A stretch of DNA of 34,989 bases from a virus. Taxonomy: Duplodnaviria; Heunggongvirae; Uroviricota; Caudoviricetes. Each line of letters begins with the position of its first letter. Position 1 is the stretch's first letter. Of the stretch, positions 8,112 to 17,856 are shown in pieces. The notes under the pieces are model-generated. The model was not told the origin of the DNA. It was given only the letters and a program-made list of their open reading frames with translations, and did not search any database. The position numbers were made by a program, and so were the translations under genes. The stretch is taken from the IMG/VR virus record IMGVR_UViG_2778261298_000001; one strand, given 5' to 3'.

Positions 8112-10052
8112 ATGATAGCCGGGTTGTTTATCCGTAACGTCAAAACATATCAAGGCATAAATTATATTCCTTTGACAGATGCTCCAAATTTTAGCGGTTT
8201 TTTAGGAAATAATGGGATAGGGAAAAGCTCAATACTTGAGGCATTGGATGTAATATTTAATGCTAAAGAGTGGAATTATAATACAGCTGTCAAAAAGAGC
8301 GGCATAGAAAAAACCAGCCCACATATTGTACCGGTTTTTATATTGGAGGAGGATTTTTTTGATTCTGAGACACTCCCTTTTGCAAAAACGCTAGATGCTT
8401 TAGCTAGGGAGGTTAGCTTAGAGGACGCTACAAACTCACAAACAAAAACTATTCTTGAAAATTTTATAAGTCATCGTGATAGACTTTTTGCACGAAATGA
8501 TATGCAAGGGCAGTTAATTATTCCTATTGGACGCCTTCATAATAATAATATGTCATTATCTGTTTTAGCAGGTAGAAGTCTATCTACTATAATGGAAAAA
8601 GATATATTTGGTGCCGGATTCAAGTTAAGTGAAGGTATAGAGTTAGCTAAACATTTTCAAGTTTTATTTGATTATATCACTGGTAAGTTAGAATATTTAT
8701 ATATACCAAAAGAGATTGATACTGAGGTTTTTACTAAGCTTGAGAGTATTGGAACTCAAGTATTGATGGGTGAATCGCTGCATGAAATTCTTGATAGAAT
8801 AGTTGGTGAGTCAAAAATTGGAGAAATCAACAGAGAACTAAGCGGATTTCTTGAAGATATCTCAACGAAGCTAGTTAACTATACGTATAGAACGCCTTCG
8901 GATAGGCAAAAAAGAATTCAAAAAAAAGAAGTCTATAACTTAATTATACAAGCGTTTTTTAACGTCAGAAAATTACATAAAACCCACAATGGCGAGCATT
9001 TTTTAGAAATTAGTAATTTGAGTTCGGGGGAAAAGCAGAAGGCTATTATTGATGTTGCGCATGCATTGCTGACAAAGCATAGAAGTAATAGTGATAATTT
9101 AATCATAGCCATAGATGAACCTGAGTCTTCATTGCACATGTCTGCTTGTTTTGAACAATTTCAAGCGTTATCAGAACTAAGTTTAGGATGTAGGCAACTA
9201 TTGTTTTCCTCTCATTGGTATGGTTTTCTCCCCACCTTGGAAAAGGGAACTGTTACAATAATAACTAAAAAAAATAATGAGCATCTTTTTGATCTGATCA
9301 ATTTAGCATCTTACCGGGAAGAAATAAAACAACTTGTTCGAGATAGTAGGGGAAAGTTACCATTTGATATTAGAATTAAAAGTATGAATGATTTTACTCA
9401 GTCATTATTATCTAGTGCAACAGGTGAGAAACCATATAATTGGTTGATTTGTGAGGGTTCATCGGAAAGAATTTATCTTTCAGCATATTTTAAGGATTTG
9501 ATAAAGAATCATAATCTTCGTATTGTACCTGTTGGGGGGGCGTCGGAAATTAAAAAAATATATAACTATCTCTCTGCCTGCTATAAGGATGTCGAAGGGG
9601 AGATTACCGGAAATATATATTTGTTAGCTGATACTGATAGCCAGTTGGTCAGATATGACGTCGGAACATATCAAAGATTACATTGTAAAAGATTTGTTTA
9701 TGATTCGTCTAAAAACAGGGCAATCTTAGTTAAGATAGACTCAAATCCGGTATCGCCTGCAACTGAGATAGAGGATGTTTTGAACGCAAAAATCTATTAC
9801 CAGACCTTATTGTCATTTGCTGGTGATTACGATTATTTAAGTTTCATTAATAATATTGATGCTCCAAGTGATAATCTGGAATCTTACTCAGCTCTTGATC
9901 TCAGAGTTAGTGAAAAAAATGCCATAAATAGATTTTTTGATGATGGAAATAATAAGTTTTTATTCGCAAAAAGATATGTTGAATTAATGACGGAAGAAAA
10001 TAGTGTTCCAGAGTGGATTAGTAAGATTAGAGAGGTAATGACTTCAGCTTAG
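8112..10052 (+). CDS. ABC-type ATPase fused to a TOPRIM-like nuclease domain (OLD/Gabija/PARIS-like); candidate anti-phage defence cargo
   Basis: Walker A GNNGIGKSS (about 8205..8231), ABC signature LSSGEKQ (about 9013..9039), Walker B/D-loop LIIAIDEPESSLH (9099..9125) and H-loop-like LLFSSHW. Then a TOPRIM-like LICEGSSE (about 9441..9467), PVGGASE and LLADTDS (about 9621..9641). Start set at the ATG at 8112 (MIAGLFIRNVK, typical ABC N-terminal strand). Markedly AT-rich compared with flanking phage genes. Confidence 0.75.
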   Translation: MIAGLFIRNVKTYQGINYIPLTDAPNFSGFLGNNGIGKSSILEALDVIFNAKEWNYNTAVKKSGIEKTSPHIVPVFILEEDFFDSETLPFAKTLDALAREVSLEDATNSQTKTILENFISHRDRLFARNDMQGQLIIPIGRLHNNNMSLSVLAGRSLSTIMEKDIFGAGFKLSEGIELAKHFQVLFDYITGKLEYLYIPKEIDTEVFTKLESIGTQVLMGESLHEILDRIVGESKIGEINRELSGFLEDISTKLVNYTYRTPSDRQKRIQKKEVYNLIIQAFFNVRKLHKTHNGEHFLEISNLSSGEKQKAIIDVAHALLTKHRSNSDNLIIAIDEPESSLHMSACFEQFQALSELSLGCRQLLFSSHWYGFLPTLEKGTVTIITKKNNEHLFDLINLASYREEIKQLVRDSRGKLPFDIRIKSMNDFTQSLLSSATGEKPYNWLICEGSSERIYLSAYFKDLIKNHNLRIVPVGGASEIKKIYNYLSACYKDVEGEITGNIYLLADTDSQLVRYDVGTYQRLHCKRFVYDSSKNRAILVKIDSNPVSPATEIEDVLNAKIYYQTLLSFAGDYDYLSFINNIDAPSDNLESYSALDLRVSEKNAINRFFDDGNNKFLFAKRYVELMTEENSVPEWISKIREVMTSA

Positions 10053-10061
10053 TCATTACCT
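10033..10061 (+). terminator. Hairpin overlapping the stop codon of the cargo gene
   Basis: AGGTAATGAC-ttcagctta-GTCATTACCT inverted repeat followed by an AT-rich tract. Confidence 0.45.
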
Positions 10062-10077
10062 GATTATATTTATTCAG

Positions 10078-11109
10078 TTACATGAGGTCATAAAATTCGA
10101 ATTTTATGACCTCATTATCTATCCAATTGTTAATTTCAATTATTTTCTTTTGTAGAGGAAGAAGTTCATTACGAACAAACACTTTACTCGCCTTCTCCAC
10201 ATCCCCAAACCCCCCGACATTATTAGGCATAATCCCCATCATCTGAGGCGGTACGCGGTGCGCCGCCATCATGTCATCACGGCTGACGTTCTTGATGTTC
10301 AGAAATTCATCCTTCGCTGCGACTTCTGACAATGGGATAATCTGAAGTCCGTCTTTTTTACCATTAGGCGAGTACATAAACAGATTGCGGAAGTTACCCG
10401 GACCTTTGGCGCTTTTCATAGCGTTACGGAGATTGTTCACATCTTCCTGGTTCTGCGCGGCATCGGTCATGTACATGATGAAGCCTGCATGGCTGCCATT
10501 GATGTAATACTTACGGCGGAACAGCGTGGCGGACTCGTTGAGCAGAGCGGATGGAATAGCAGAAAGATAGCCTGGCAGGCCGTAGATCTCCTGATTAATA
10601 TCCGGTTCCATCAGATGAAAGATGCTGCCTTTCGTGAACTGATACGGCTGGGTTGTCATACCGTATTGCACAAACCAGTAGGTATCTAGGTCTAACCCGC
10701 GTCGGGTGTATTTTGCCAGAGCAGGCTCAAGGGCTATAACTTCACCGAAGCGGTTCGTGCGTTTCTCCAGGTAGGCGTTACCAAATACCAGATAGTCCTG
10801 CACAAAACGTGAAAAAGCCTGCTGGCTGAGCAGCGGGTGAGGGATGTAGGTACTGGTCAGAATGTTGCATTTCACCGCAATTGGTGAGCTGTGATGCACG
10901 GCGGCGCGGAAGGTTCGTGCCAGTCCGTCAAAGCTGACGGGCGGCTCATACCAGCGATCCATCTGTACGCATTCCACATAGTCCAGCAGTTCACGGCGGT
11001 CCAGAACAGGAACGGGATCGCCAAAGCTGAATGCTTCGGCTGAAGTCTGGCTTTTATGCTTGAGCTGATTCGTCGCCGCAGCGCGGTTTTTCTTACTCTT
11101 TCCCATCAA
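10078..11109 (-). CDS. Q: Portal protein (P2 gpQ family)
   Basis: 343 aa; position and orientation as P2 Q, adjacent and co-oriented with the terminase large subunit. Confidence 0.85.
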   Translation of the reverse strand: MMGKSKKNRAAATNQLKHKSQTSAEAFSFGDPVPVLDRRELLDYVECVQMDRWYEPPVSFDGLARTFRAAVHHSSPIAVKCNILTSTYIPHPLLSQQAFSRFVQDYLVFGNAYLEKRTNRFGEVIALEPALAKYTRRGLDLDTYWFVQYGMTTQPYQFTKGSIFHLMEPDINQEIYGLPGYLSAIPSALLNESATLFRRKYYINGSHAGFIMYMTDAAQNQEDVNNLRNAMKSAKGPGNFRNLFMYSPNGKKDGLQIIPLSEVAAKDEFLNIKNVSRDDMMAAHRVPPQMMGIMPNNVGGFGDVEKASKVFVRNELLPLQKKIIEINNWIDNEVIKFEFYDLM

Positions 11110-12872
11110 AAAATCTCCACAATATTGCTGGTATTGGCGGATTCGCCCTGCAGCGGCTCGTTAAACAGTGCGTGCATCGTTGCCCAGGCCAGATCGGCGT
11201 GGCTGGCTTCTTCGCTGCGGCTGGCTTCATAGGTCGGGCGGTTGCCGCTGGCGGTGGTGGCGCGACGGATTGCCATGAATGACTGCGCAATGTCGGTGTG
11301 CCCGGCGTCAAACTCCAGACGGCGGTGGCTGATAATGTCGTAGGCCTTGAGTACCAGGGCGTTTTTAACATTGGGGTTATAGACAAACTCCCGGACAGCA
11401 GGAAAGAACGCTTTCACGTTCTCATAAACCCCGTGACCAACGCCGGTTGAGTCGATACCGATATAGGTCACGTTGTACTGTTCGGTCAGTTTTTTGATGG
11501 CGTCAGCCTGGGCACGGAAGTCCATCCCGCGCCACTGGTGACGTTCAAGAATGCGAAACTTACCGCCTGGCACGGCTGGCGGTGCCACCACCACGCATCC
11601 GGCGCTGTCGCCGTTCTGCGTACCTTTTGCCGGGTCATAACCGATCCACACTTCGCGCCAGCCAAACGGGCGCAGGGCCAGAGCATGAAAGTCGGTCCAG
11701 ACTTCCCAACTGTCCACCATGCACGCCTGCAGCTCGCTGAGCGGGAACACGGACGCGAGATCGTCCACGAACTCACACATCAGCAGGTTCTGGTATTCGT
11801 CCGGGCTGTATTCCATGCGCAACTGGTCCAGGTCGAACAGGTTACAGCCGCCGCGCACCGCATCTTCCACGGTGACTATCTGGCGGTATTGCCCGTCTGC
11901 ACACAGCAGGCCGGGAGCCAGATTGCTGTGGGACAGGTCGATGTCCACCTTATCGGCTTTGTTGCGCCCACGGTTGAACAGCGCACCGGACCAGAACGGA
12001 TAAGCACTGTGGGTCAGGCTGGATGGCGTGGAAAAATAGGTCTGTCGCCATTTCTTGTGAATAGCCATACCGGAAGCCACTTTGCGCAGCTCCTGGAATT
12101 TCGGTATCCAGAAATATTCATCCAGATACAGGTTGCCGTGATAACTCTGGGCAGTGCGGGCATTGGTGCCGAGGAAATACAGTGTGGCCCCGTTGGGAAG
12201 CACCATCGGATCGCCTTTCAGCTCCACCTCCACTTCTTTGGCAAAGTCGATGATGTACTGTTTGAAGACGTGGGCCTGTGCCTTACTGGCAGAAAGGAAA
12301 ATCTGGTTACGTCCGGTAAGCAGGGCGTCAATCAGGGCTTCACGGGCAAAATAGAAGGTCGCGCCGATCTGGCGTGACTTCAGCAGGTTGCGGATGCGGT
12401 TGGTTTTTCCGGCTTCCCACCAGTGGCGCTGGTAGTTGAACATGGAGGAATGGAAAATTTCTTCCAGCTTCTCAATCTGTTCATCGGTGAAAACATTCTT
12501 TTCAGGCTGACGGCGTGGGCCTTTGTTGCGGTTGGCGACGTTAGGGTTTAAGTCGGCTTCGTTGCCGCCATTGTTAAACTTGCCGATCCGCGCGTGGCGC
12601 TCAGACTGGCGCGCCAGCAGGTCAATCTCTTTGAAATCTTTCCCTTCTTTGTGCTCCTTCATGATGAGCTGGCAGTAGCGTGCGGCGGTGGTGAGCTGCA
12701 TCTGATCCAGCGGCCCATAGTCACCCCACTTGTCGCGTTTTTTCCAGCTGTGAACGGTTGCAACTTTCTCGCCCAGCATTTCAGCAATGCGGGCTACGCG
12801 GTATCCCTGAAAGTACAGCAGCATGGCCTGCCGACGGGGATCGAGATCTGCGGGTGTCAGTGTGGTGTTCAT
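11106..12872 (-). CDS. P: Terminase large (ATPase) subunit (P2 gpP family)
   Basis: 588 aa; P2 gpP-like size and position, divergent from the O-N-M-L operon. Confidence 0.85.
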   Translation of the reverse strand: MNTTLTPADLDPRRQAMLLYFQGYRVARIAEMLGEKVATVHSWKKRDKWGDYGPLDQMQLTTAARYCQLIMKEHKEGKDFKEIDLLARQSERHARIGKFNNGGNEADLNPNVANRNKGPRRQPEKNVFTDEQIEKLEEIFHSSMFNYQRHWWEAGKTNRIRNLLKSRQIGATFYFAREALIDALLTGRNQIFLSASKAQAHVFKQYIIDFAKEVEVELKGDPMVLPNGATLYFLGTNARTAQSYHGNLYLDEYFWIPKFQELRKVASGMAIHKKWRQTYFSTPSSLTHSAYPFWSGALFNRGRNKADKVDIDLSHSNLAPGLLCADGQYRQIVTVEDAVRGGCNLFDLDQLRMEYSPDEYQNLLMCEFVDDLASVFPLSELQACMVDSWEVWTDFHALALRPFGWREVWIGYDPAKGTQNGDSAGCVVVAPPAVPGGKFRILERHQWRGMDFRAQADAIKKLTEQYNVTYIGIDSTGVGHGVYENVKAFFPAVREFVYNPNVKNALVLKAYDIISHRRLEFDAGHTDIAQSFMAIRRATTASGNRPTYEASRSEEASHADLAWATMHALFNEPLQGESANTSNIVEIF

Positions 12873-12918
12873 GGCACAAACCTACAGCCTTGAATGAAGG
12901 CTTTCCCCGCCTGCGGTT

Positions 12919-12936
12919 TGTGTGGTTGTCGGTACA
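12919..12936. promoter_or_regulatory. Ogr/B-type late promoter activator site (TGT-N12-ACA dyad) in the P/O divergent region
   Basis: TGTgtggttgtcggtACA. Spacing to the O start is consistent with a dyad centred near -55 of a rightward late promoter. Confidence 0.5.
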
Positions 12937-13014
12937 AATACCGCGCATTGTTTCACTGCCCCTATCACCGCAACCATAAGGCTCCAGTAAGTTTTTTCTA
13001 ACGGAGCACGGCTC

Positions 13015-13848
13015 ATGACAGTGAAAGCAAAGCGTTTTCGCATCGGGGTGGAAGGTGCCACCACCGACGGACGCGAAATCCAGCGTGAATGGCTGGAACA
13101 GATGGCAGCCAGCTATAACCCGGCGGTGTATACCGCGCTGATTAACCTTGAGCACATCAAGTCTTATCTGCCGGACAGCACCTTTAACCGCTACGGCAAG
13201 GTGACGGCGCTGTTTGCTGAAGAAATCACGGAAGGTCCGCTGGCAGGCAAGATGGCGCTGTATGCCGACGTTGAGCCAACGGAGTCCCTGGTGGAGCTGG
13301 TGAAAAAAGGCCAGAAATTATTCACCTCTATGGAAGTCAGCCCGAAGTTCGCTGATACGGGCAAAGCCTACCTGGTCGGCCTGGCTGCCACTGATGACCC
13401 TGCCAGTCTGGGCACTGAAATGCTGACATTCAGCGCCAGTGCAGCCCATAACCCACTGGCAAACCGCAAGCAGAATCCTGCCAATCTCTTTACCGCTGCA
13501 GAGGAAACGGTGATCGAACTGGAAGAAATCCAGGATGACAAACCGTCCCTGTTTGCCCGTGTCACGGCGCTGTTTACCAAAAAAGATCAGTCCGATGACG
13601 CCCGGTTCTCTGATGTGCATAAGGCCGTGGAGCTGGTCGCCACTGAGCAGCAAAACCTGAGCGCACGCACCGAAAAATCCCTGTCTGAGCAGGAAGAACG
13701 CCTGTCTGAGCTGGAGACTGCCCTGCAGGCACAGCAGACCGCCTTTAACGAACTGGTGGACAAGCTGAGTCAAGAAGACAGCCGCCAGGACTACCGCCAG
13801 CGTGCAACAGGCGGTAACACCCCCGCTGACACTCTGACCAATTGCTGA
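13015..13848 (+). CDS. O: Capsid scaffolding protein (P2 gpO family)
   Basis: 277 aa; first gene of the rightward head operon. Confidence 0.85.
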   Translation: MTVKAKRFRIGVEGATTDGREIQREWLEQMAASYNPAVYTALINLEHIKSYLPDSTFNRYGKVTALFAEEITEGPLAGKMALYADVEPTESLVELVKKGQKLFTSMEVSPKFADTGKAYLVGLAATDDPASLGTEMLTFSASAAHNPLANRKQNPANLFTAAEETVIELEEIQDDKPSLFARVTALFTKKDQSDDARFSDVHKAVELVATEQQNLSARTEKSLSEQEERLSELETALQAQQTAFNELVDKLSQEDSRQDYRQRATGGNTPADTLTNC

Positions 13849-13864
13849 TGGAGCACAAAATCCG

Positions 13865-14923
13865 ATGAAGAAGAATACCCGCTTTGCTTTTAACGCTTAC
13901 CTGCAGCAGCTGGCGCGTCTGAACGGTGTGGCAGTTGAAGAACTGTCCAGCAAATTCACTGTGGAGCCGTCTGTGCAGCAGACGCTGGAAGACCAGATCC
14001 AGCAGTCCGCCGCTTTCCTGACGCTGATTAACGTCACGCCAGTGACTGAGCAGTCCGGTCAGCTGCTGGGGCTGGGTGTTGGCAGCACCATTGCCGGAAC
14101 CACTGACACCACCGCGAAAGAGCGTGAACCTGTCGATCCGACGCTGATGGTCGATGTGGAATATAAATGCGAGCAGACCAACTTTGACACGGTGCTGACC
14201 TACGCGAAGCTGGACCTGTGGGCGAAGTTTCAGGATTTCCAGGTGCGTATCCGTGACGCCATCGTGAAACGTCAGGCACTGGACCGCATCATGATCGGCT
14301 TTAACGGCGTGAAGCGTGCGAAAACCTCCAACCGTAGCGAAAACCCGCTGCTGCAGGATGTAAATAAAGGCTGGCTGCAGAAAATCCGTGAGGATGCACC
14401 GGATCACGTCATGGGCAGCACCACCACGGGCGGTGAAACCACACCGGGCGCAGTGAAAGTCGGCAAAGGTGGCGAATATGCCAACCTGGACGCCGTGGTG
14501 ATGGATGCCGTCAATGAGCTTATCGACGTGGTTTACCAGGACGATGACGATCTGGTGGTGATTTGCGGTCGTGAACTGTTGTCTGACAAGTATTTCCCGC
14601 TGGTCAACAAAGAGCAGGAGAACAGTGAAAAACTGGCTGCAGATATGATCATCAGCCAGAAACGCATGGGTGGCCTGCAGGCCGTGCGTGCGCCGTTCTT
14701 CCCGCCGAATGCGCTGCTAATCACCCGTCTGGATAACCTGTCCATCTACTGGCAGGAAGACACCCGCCGCCGTTCAGTTATCGACAACCCGAAACGTGAC
14801 CGGATTGAAAATTTTGAATCCGTTAACGAAGCCTATGTGGTTGAGGACTACCGCTGCGCCGCACTGGTGGAAAACATCCAGATTGGCGACTTCAGCGCCG
14901 CCGCAGCAGAAACCGGAGCGTAA
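13865..14923 (+). CDS. N: Major capsid protein (P2 gpN family)
   Basis: 352 aa; follows the scaffold gene. Confidence 0.85.
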   Translation: MKKNTRFAFNAYLQQLARLNGVAVEELSSKFTVEPSVQQTLEDQIQQSAAFLTLINVTPVTEQSGQLLGLGVGSTIAGTTDTTAKEREPVDPTLMVDVEYKCEQTNFDTVLTYAKLDLWAKFQDFQVRIRDAIVKRQALDRIMIGFNGVKRAKTSNRSENPLLQDVNKGWLQKIREDAPDHVMGSTTTGGETTPGAVKVGKGGEYANLDAVVMDAVNELIDVVYQDDDDLVVICGRELLSDKYFPLVNKEQENSEKLAADMIISQKRMGGLQAVRAPFFPPNALLITRLDNLSIYWQEDTRRRSVIDNPKRDRIENFESVNEAYVVEDYRCAALVENIQIGDFSAAAAETGA

Positions 14924-14926
14924 TCC

Positions 14927-15577
14927 ATGAGCCTGAGTCCCGCACGGCAGCATCGCCTGCGCGTTCAGGCTGAACAGGCCGCCCGTGAGGGCGGCAGTGT
15001 TCGCCACGCGTCGGGCTATGACCTGATGCTGCTGCAACTGGCGGAAGACCGCCGCCGTCTCAAGGGCGTTCAGTCCACGGTGAAAAAAGCAGAAATAAAG
15101 GTGGAGCTGCTGCCGAAGTACGCCGCCTGGGCAGAGGGCGTCCTGGCTGCCGGAGGCACTCAACAGGATGACGTGCTGATGTACGTGATGCTGTGGCGCA
15201 TTGATGCCGGAGATTATGCCGGGGCGCTGGAGATCGGGCGTCATGCCCTGCGTCATGGCTGGGTGATGCCGCTGGGTAACCGCAACGTGCAGACCGTGCT
15301 GGCAGAGGAAATGGCAGATGCGGCGCAGAGCGCAATGCTTGCCGCCACCGGCTTTGATGCCGATCTGTTGCTGCAGACGCTGGAGCTGACAGACGGTCTG
15401 GATATGCCGGACCAGTCACGGGCGCGTCTGCATAAAGCGATTGGCGCTGTCCTGAGTGAAAGCAACCCGGCTTCCGCCCTTAATCATCTCAACCATGCGT
15501 TACAGCTCGATCCCCGCTGTGGCGTGAAAAAAGACAAACAGCAGCTGGAGCGCAGACTGCGCAATGACAGCCGCTGA
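14927..15577 (+). CDS. M: Terminase small (endonuclease) subunit (P2 gpM family)
   Basis: 216 aa; follows N as in P2. Confidence 0.8.
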   Translation: MSLSPARQHRLRVQAEQAAREGGSVRHASGYDLMLLQLAEDRRRLKGVQSTVKKAEIKVELLPKYAAWAEGVLAAGGTQQDDVLMYVMLWRIDAGDYAGALEIGRHALRHGWVMPLGNRNVQTVLAEEMADAAQSAMLAATGFDADLLLQTLELTDGLDMPDQSRARLHKAIGAVLSESNPASALNHLNHALQLDPRCGVKKDKQQLERRLRNDSR

Positions 15578-15672
15578 CAGAACGTGCCCCCGCGCACGGG
15601 CGGCACGGGGTGGCGAAAGGCACTGCCACATCAAAGCCCCGTCCACCGCCCTCTATTTCAGGAGAAAGCAGC

Positions 15673-16137
15673 ATGAAGTTTGTTGCGCCAGAACAGGCAC
15701 CGGAACAGGCGGAAATCATCAGGAATACGCCGTTCTGGCCTGATGTGGACCTGTCGGAGTTTCGCAGCGTGATGCGCACTGACGGCACGGTGACGCAGCC
15801 GCGTTTAAAACAGGTTGCCCTGTCGGCAATTTCGGAGGTCAACGCAGAGCTGTATGAGTTTCGCAGACGCCAGCAGATGCTGGGATATGCCTCGCTGGCA
15901 GAGGTTCCGGCAGAACAGCTGGATGGGAAAAGTGAGCGTATTCAGCACTATTTCAACGCGGTTTACTGCTGGGCACGCGCCATGCTCAACGAACGTTACC
16001 AGGACTATGACGCCACGGCATCCGGTGTTAAGCGGGGCGAGGAACTGGCGGAAGCCAGCGGTGATTTATGGCGTGACGCCCGCTGGGCCATCAGCCGGGT
16101 ACAGGACGCGCCGCACTGCACAGTGGAGCTTATCTGA
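15673..16137 (+). CDS. L: Head completion/stabilisation protein (P2 gpL family)
   Basis: Start at the ATG at 15673 (MKFVAPEQ...) rather than the track's upstream extension. Confidence 0.8.
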   Translation: MKFVAPEQAPEQAEIIRNTPFWPDVDLSEFRSVMRTDGTVTQPRLKQVALSAISEVNAELYEFRRRQQMLGYASLAEVPAEQLDGKSERIQHYFNAVYCWARAMLNERYQDYDATASGVKRGEELAEASGDLWRDARWAISRVQDAPHCTVELI

Positions 16138-16340
16138 TGAAAGTGCGTGCGCATCAGTATGACACGGTGGACGCGCTTTGCTGGCGTCATTACGGGCGCA
16201 CGCAGGGTGTCACGGAGCAGGTACTGAAGGCAAATCCGGGGCTTGCCGAATACGGCCCCTTTTTACCTCACGGGCTGCAGGTGGAGCTGCCGGACATTCC
16301 GACCACCACCACCGTGCAGACCGTCCAGCTATGGGACTGA
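16137..16340 (+). CDS. X: Tail protein X (P2 gpX family)
   Basis: 67 aa, the same length as P2 X; position after L. Confidence 0.75.
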   Translation: MKVRAHQYDTVDALCWRHYGRTQGVTEQVLKANPGLAEYGPFLPHGLQVELPDIPTTTTVQTVQLWD

Positions 16341-16343
16341 ATT

Positions 16344-16559
16344 ATGACGCTTGAGCGAATCAGCGCCTTTATCACGTATTGCATCGCCGTCGTGCTGGCA
16401 TGGCTGGGCGATTTGTCCATCAAGGATGCCTCAACGCTGGGCGGCCTGATGATCGGTGTGCTGATGCTGGCTATCAACTGGTACTACAAACACAAAGCCT
16501 ACCAGCTTCTGCGCGACGGGCAGATCTCGCGGGAGGACTATGAATCCATCAATCGTTAA
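16344..16559 (+). CDS. Holin (small two-TM, pinholin-like)
   Basis: 71 aa with two hydrophobic segments and a charged C-terminus; immediately upstream of the endolysin. Confidence 0.7.
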   Translation: MTLERISAFITYCIAVVLAWLGDLSIKDASTLGGLMIGVLMLAINWYYKHKAYQLLRDGQISREDYESINR

Positions 16560-17052
16560 ACGCTGCCTTGTCGGGGCTGTGCTGGCTATTGCTGCCACGC
16601 TGCCGGGTTTTCAGCAGCTTCACACCTCCGTGGAGGGGCTGAAACTGATTGCTGATTACGAAGGCTGTCGTCTGCAGCCGTATCAGTGCAGCGCGGGTGT
16701 CTGGACCGACGGCATTGGTAATACGTCGGGCGTCATTCCCGGCAAAACCATTACGGAACGACAGGCAGCAGAAGGGCTTATCTCCAACGTGCTGCGTGTG
16801 GAGCGGTCACTGGAAAGGTGTGTGAAGCAACAGCCACCGCAGAAAGTGTATGACGCGGTGGTGTCATTTGCCTTCAACGTGGGGACAGGCAATGCCTGCA
16901 GCTCCACGCTGGTGAAATTGCTCAATCAGCGGCGCTGGGCGGATGCGTGCCGACAGTTGCCGCGCTGGGTTTATGTGAAAGGTGTTTTTAATCAGGGGCT
17001 GGATAACCGCCGTGCGCGGGAGATGGCCTGGTGCTTACAGGGAGCAAACTGA
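16540..17052 (+). CDS. Endolysin, T4-lysozyme-like (GH24) with an N-terminal signal-anchor (SAR-type)
   Basis: Hydrophobic N-terminus CLVGAVLAIAATLPG followed by EGLKLIADYEGCRLQPYQCSAGVWTDGIGNT, resembling P21 R-type SAR lysozymes. GGGAGG RBS. Confidence 0.8.
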   Translation: MNPSIVKRCLVGAVLAIAATLPGFQQLHTSVEGLKLIADYEGCRLQPYQCSAGVWTDGIGNTSGVIPGKTITERQAAEGLISNVLRVERSLERCVKQQPPQKVYDAVVSFAFNVGTGNACSSTLVKLLNQRRWADACRQLPRWVYVKGVFNQGLDNRRAREMAWCLQGAN

Positions 17053-17053
17053 A

Positions 17054-17431
17054 ATGAAAAAGAAATTAATCAGCGGGCTGTTTCTGATGTTATGGATGGC
17101 GCTGTTAATCGAAGCAATGGTGTATCCGCAGGGGATTTTTCCGGTACTGGCAGCGTCCGGTGTCTGGGTAGTCTGTCTGCTGACATGGGTGGCAATTCCG
17201 GTAGCACTGGCTGCGTTAATTAAGAACGGCCCGCTCTGGCAGGAGTTGAGGGCATCTTTGCTGAAGACTATCACCCGAAAAGAAAACGTATTTATCACTT
17301 GGGTGATGCGATTGCTGATTGTCGTCAGTCTTGCCTGGACGGGGTGGGCCATTACTCTGGTCTTTTATCTGCTAACTGTTATTGCCTTCTGGATCACCCG
17401 TAACCAGATGGCGCAACAGGTAGCCGCATGA
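17054..17431 (+). CDS. Lysis-associated membrane protein (LysA-like)
   Basis: About 125 aa with multiple TM segments; start at the ATG at 17054. Confidence 0.6.
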   Translation: MKKKLISGLFLMLWMALLIEAMVYPQGIFPVLAASGVWVVCLLTWVAIPVALAALIKNGPLWQELRASLLKTITRKENVFITWVMRLLIVVSLAWTGWAITLVFYLLTVIAFWITRNQMAQQVAA

Positions 17432-17856
17432 ACCGGTTGCTGCTGGTTGTGCTGGCGTTATTACTGGCAGCGCTGGGCTGGCAGTCGTGGAGGCTGGCTG
17501 ATGCCAGCCAGACCATCAGCACGCAGGCAGACGAACTGCAGAGCAAAAGCCAGGCGCTGGCAAAGAGCAACAGCCAGCTTATCAGCCTGTCCATTCTGAC
17601 TGAAACCAACAACCGGGAGCAGGCGCGGCTCTACGCCGAAGCAGAACAGACCAGTGCACTGCTGAGACAACGACAACGCCGGATGGAGGAACTGAAACGT
17701 GAGAACGAGGATTTACGCCGCTGGGCTGATACTCCTTTGCCTGCTGACATTATCCGGCTGCGGGAACGTCCGGCACTCGCCGGAGGTGCAGCTTACCGTC
17801 AGTGGTTGTCCGCGAGTGACGCCGTGTCGGCTGGAGCAGGCAGCGCCGCGCACTAA
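17428..17856 (+). CDS. lysB: Inner-membrane spanin (LysB/Rz-like)
   Basis: N-terminal TM segment followed by a coiled-coil-like charged region; position after the endolysin. Confidence 0.75.
   Translation: MNRLLLVVLALLLAALGWQSWRLADASQTISTQADELQSKSQALAKSNSQLISLSILTETNNREQARLYAEAEQTSALLRQRQRRMEELKRENEDLRRWADTPLPADIIRLRERPALAGGAAYRQWLSASDAVSAGAGSAAH

Noticed and set aside
11538-12377. 279-aa plus-strand ORF inside the terminase gene
   Set aside because: Antisense to a well-supported conserved gene in GC-rich DNA, with low-complexity Arg/His/Gln-rich composition; typical spurious ORF.
12781-13155. 124-aa minus-strand ORF spanning the P/O divergent promoter region
   Set aside because: It overlaps the starts of both P and O and the late-promoter dyad; Cys/His/Arg-rich low-complexity product.
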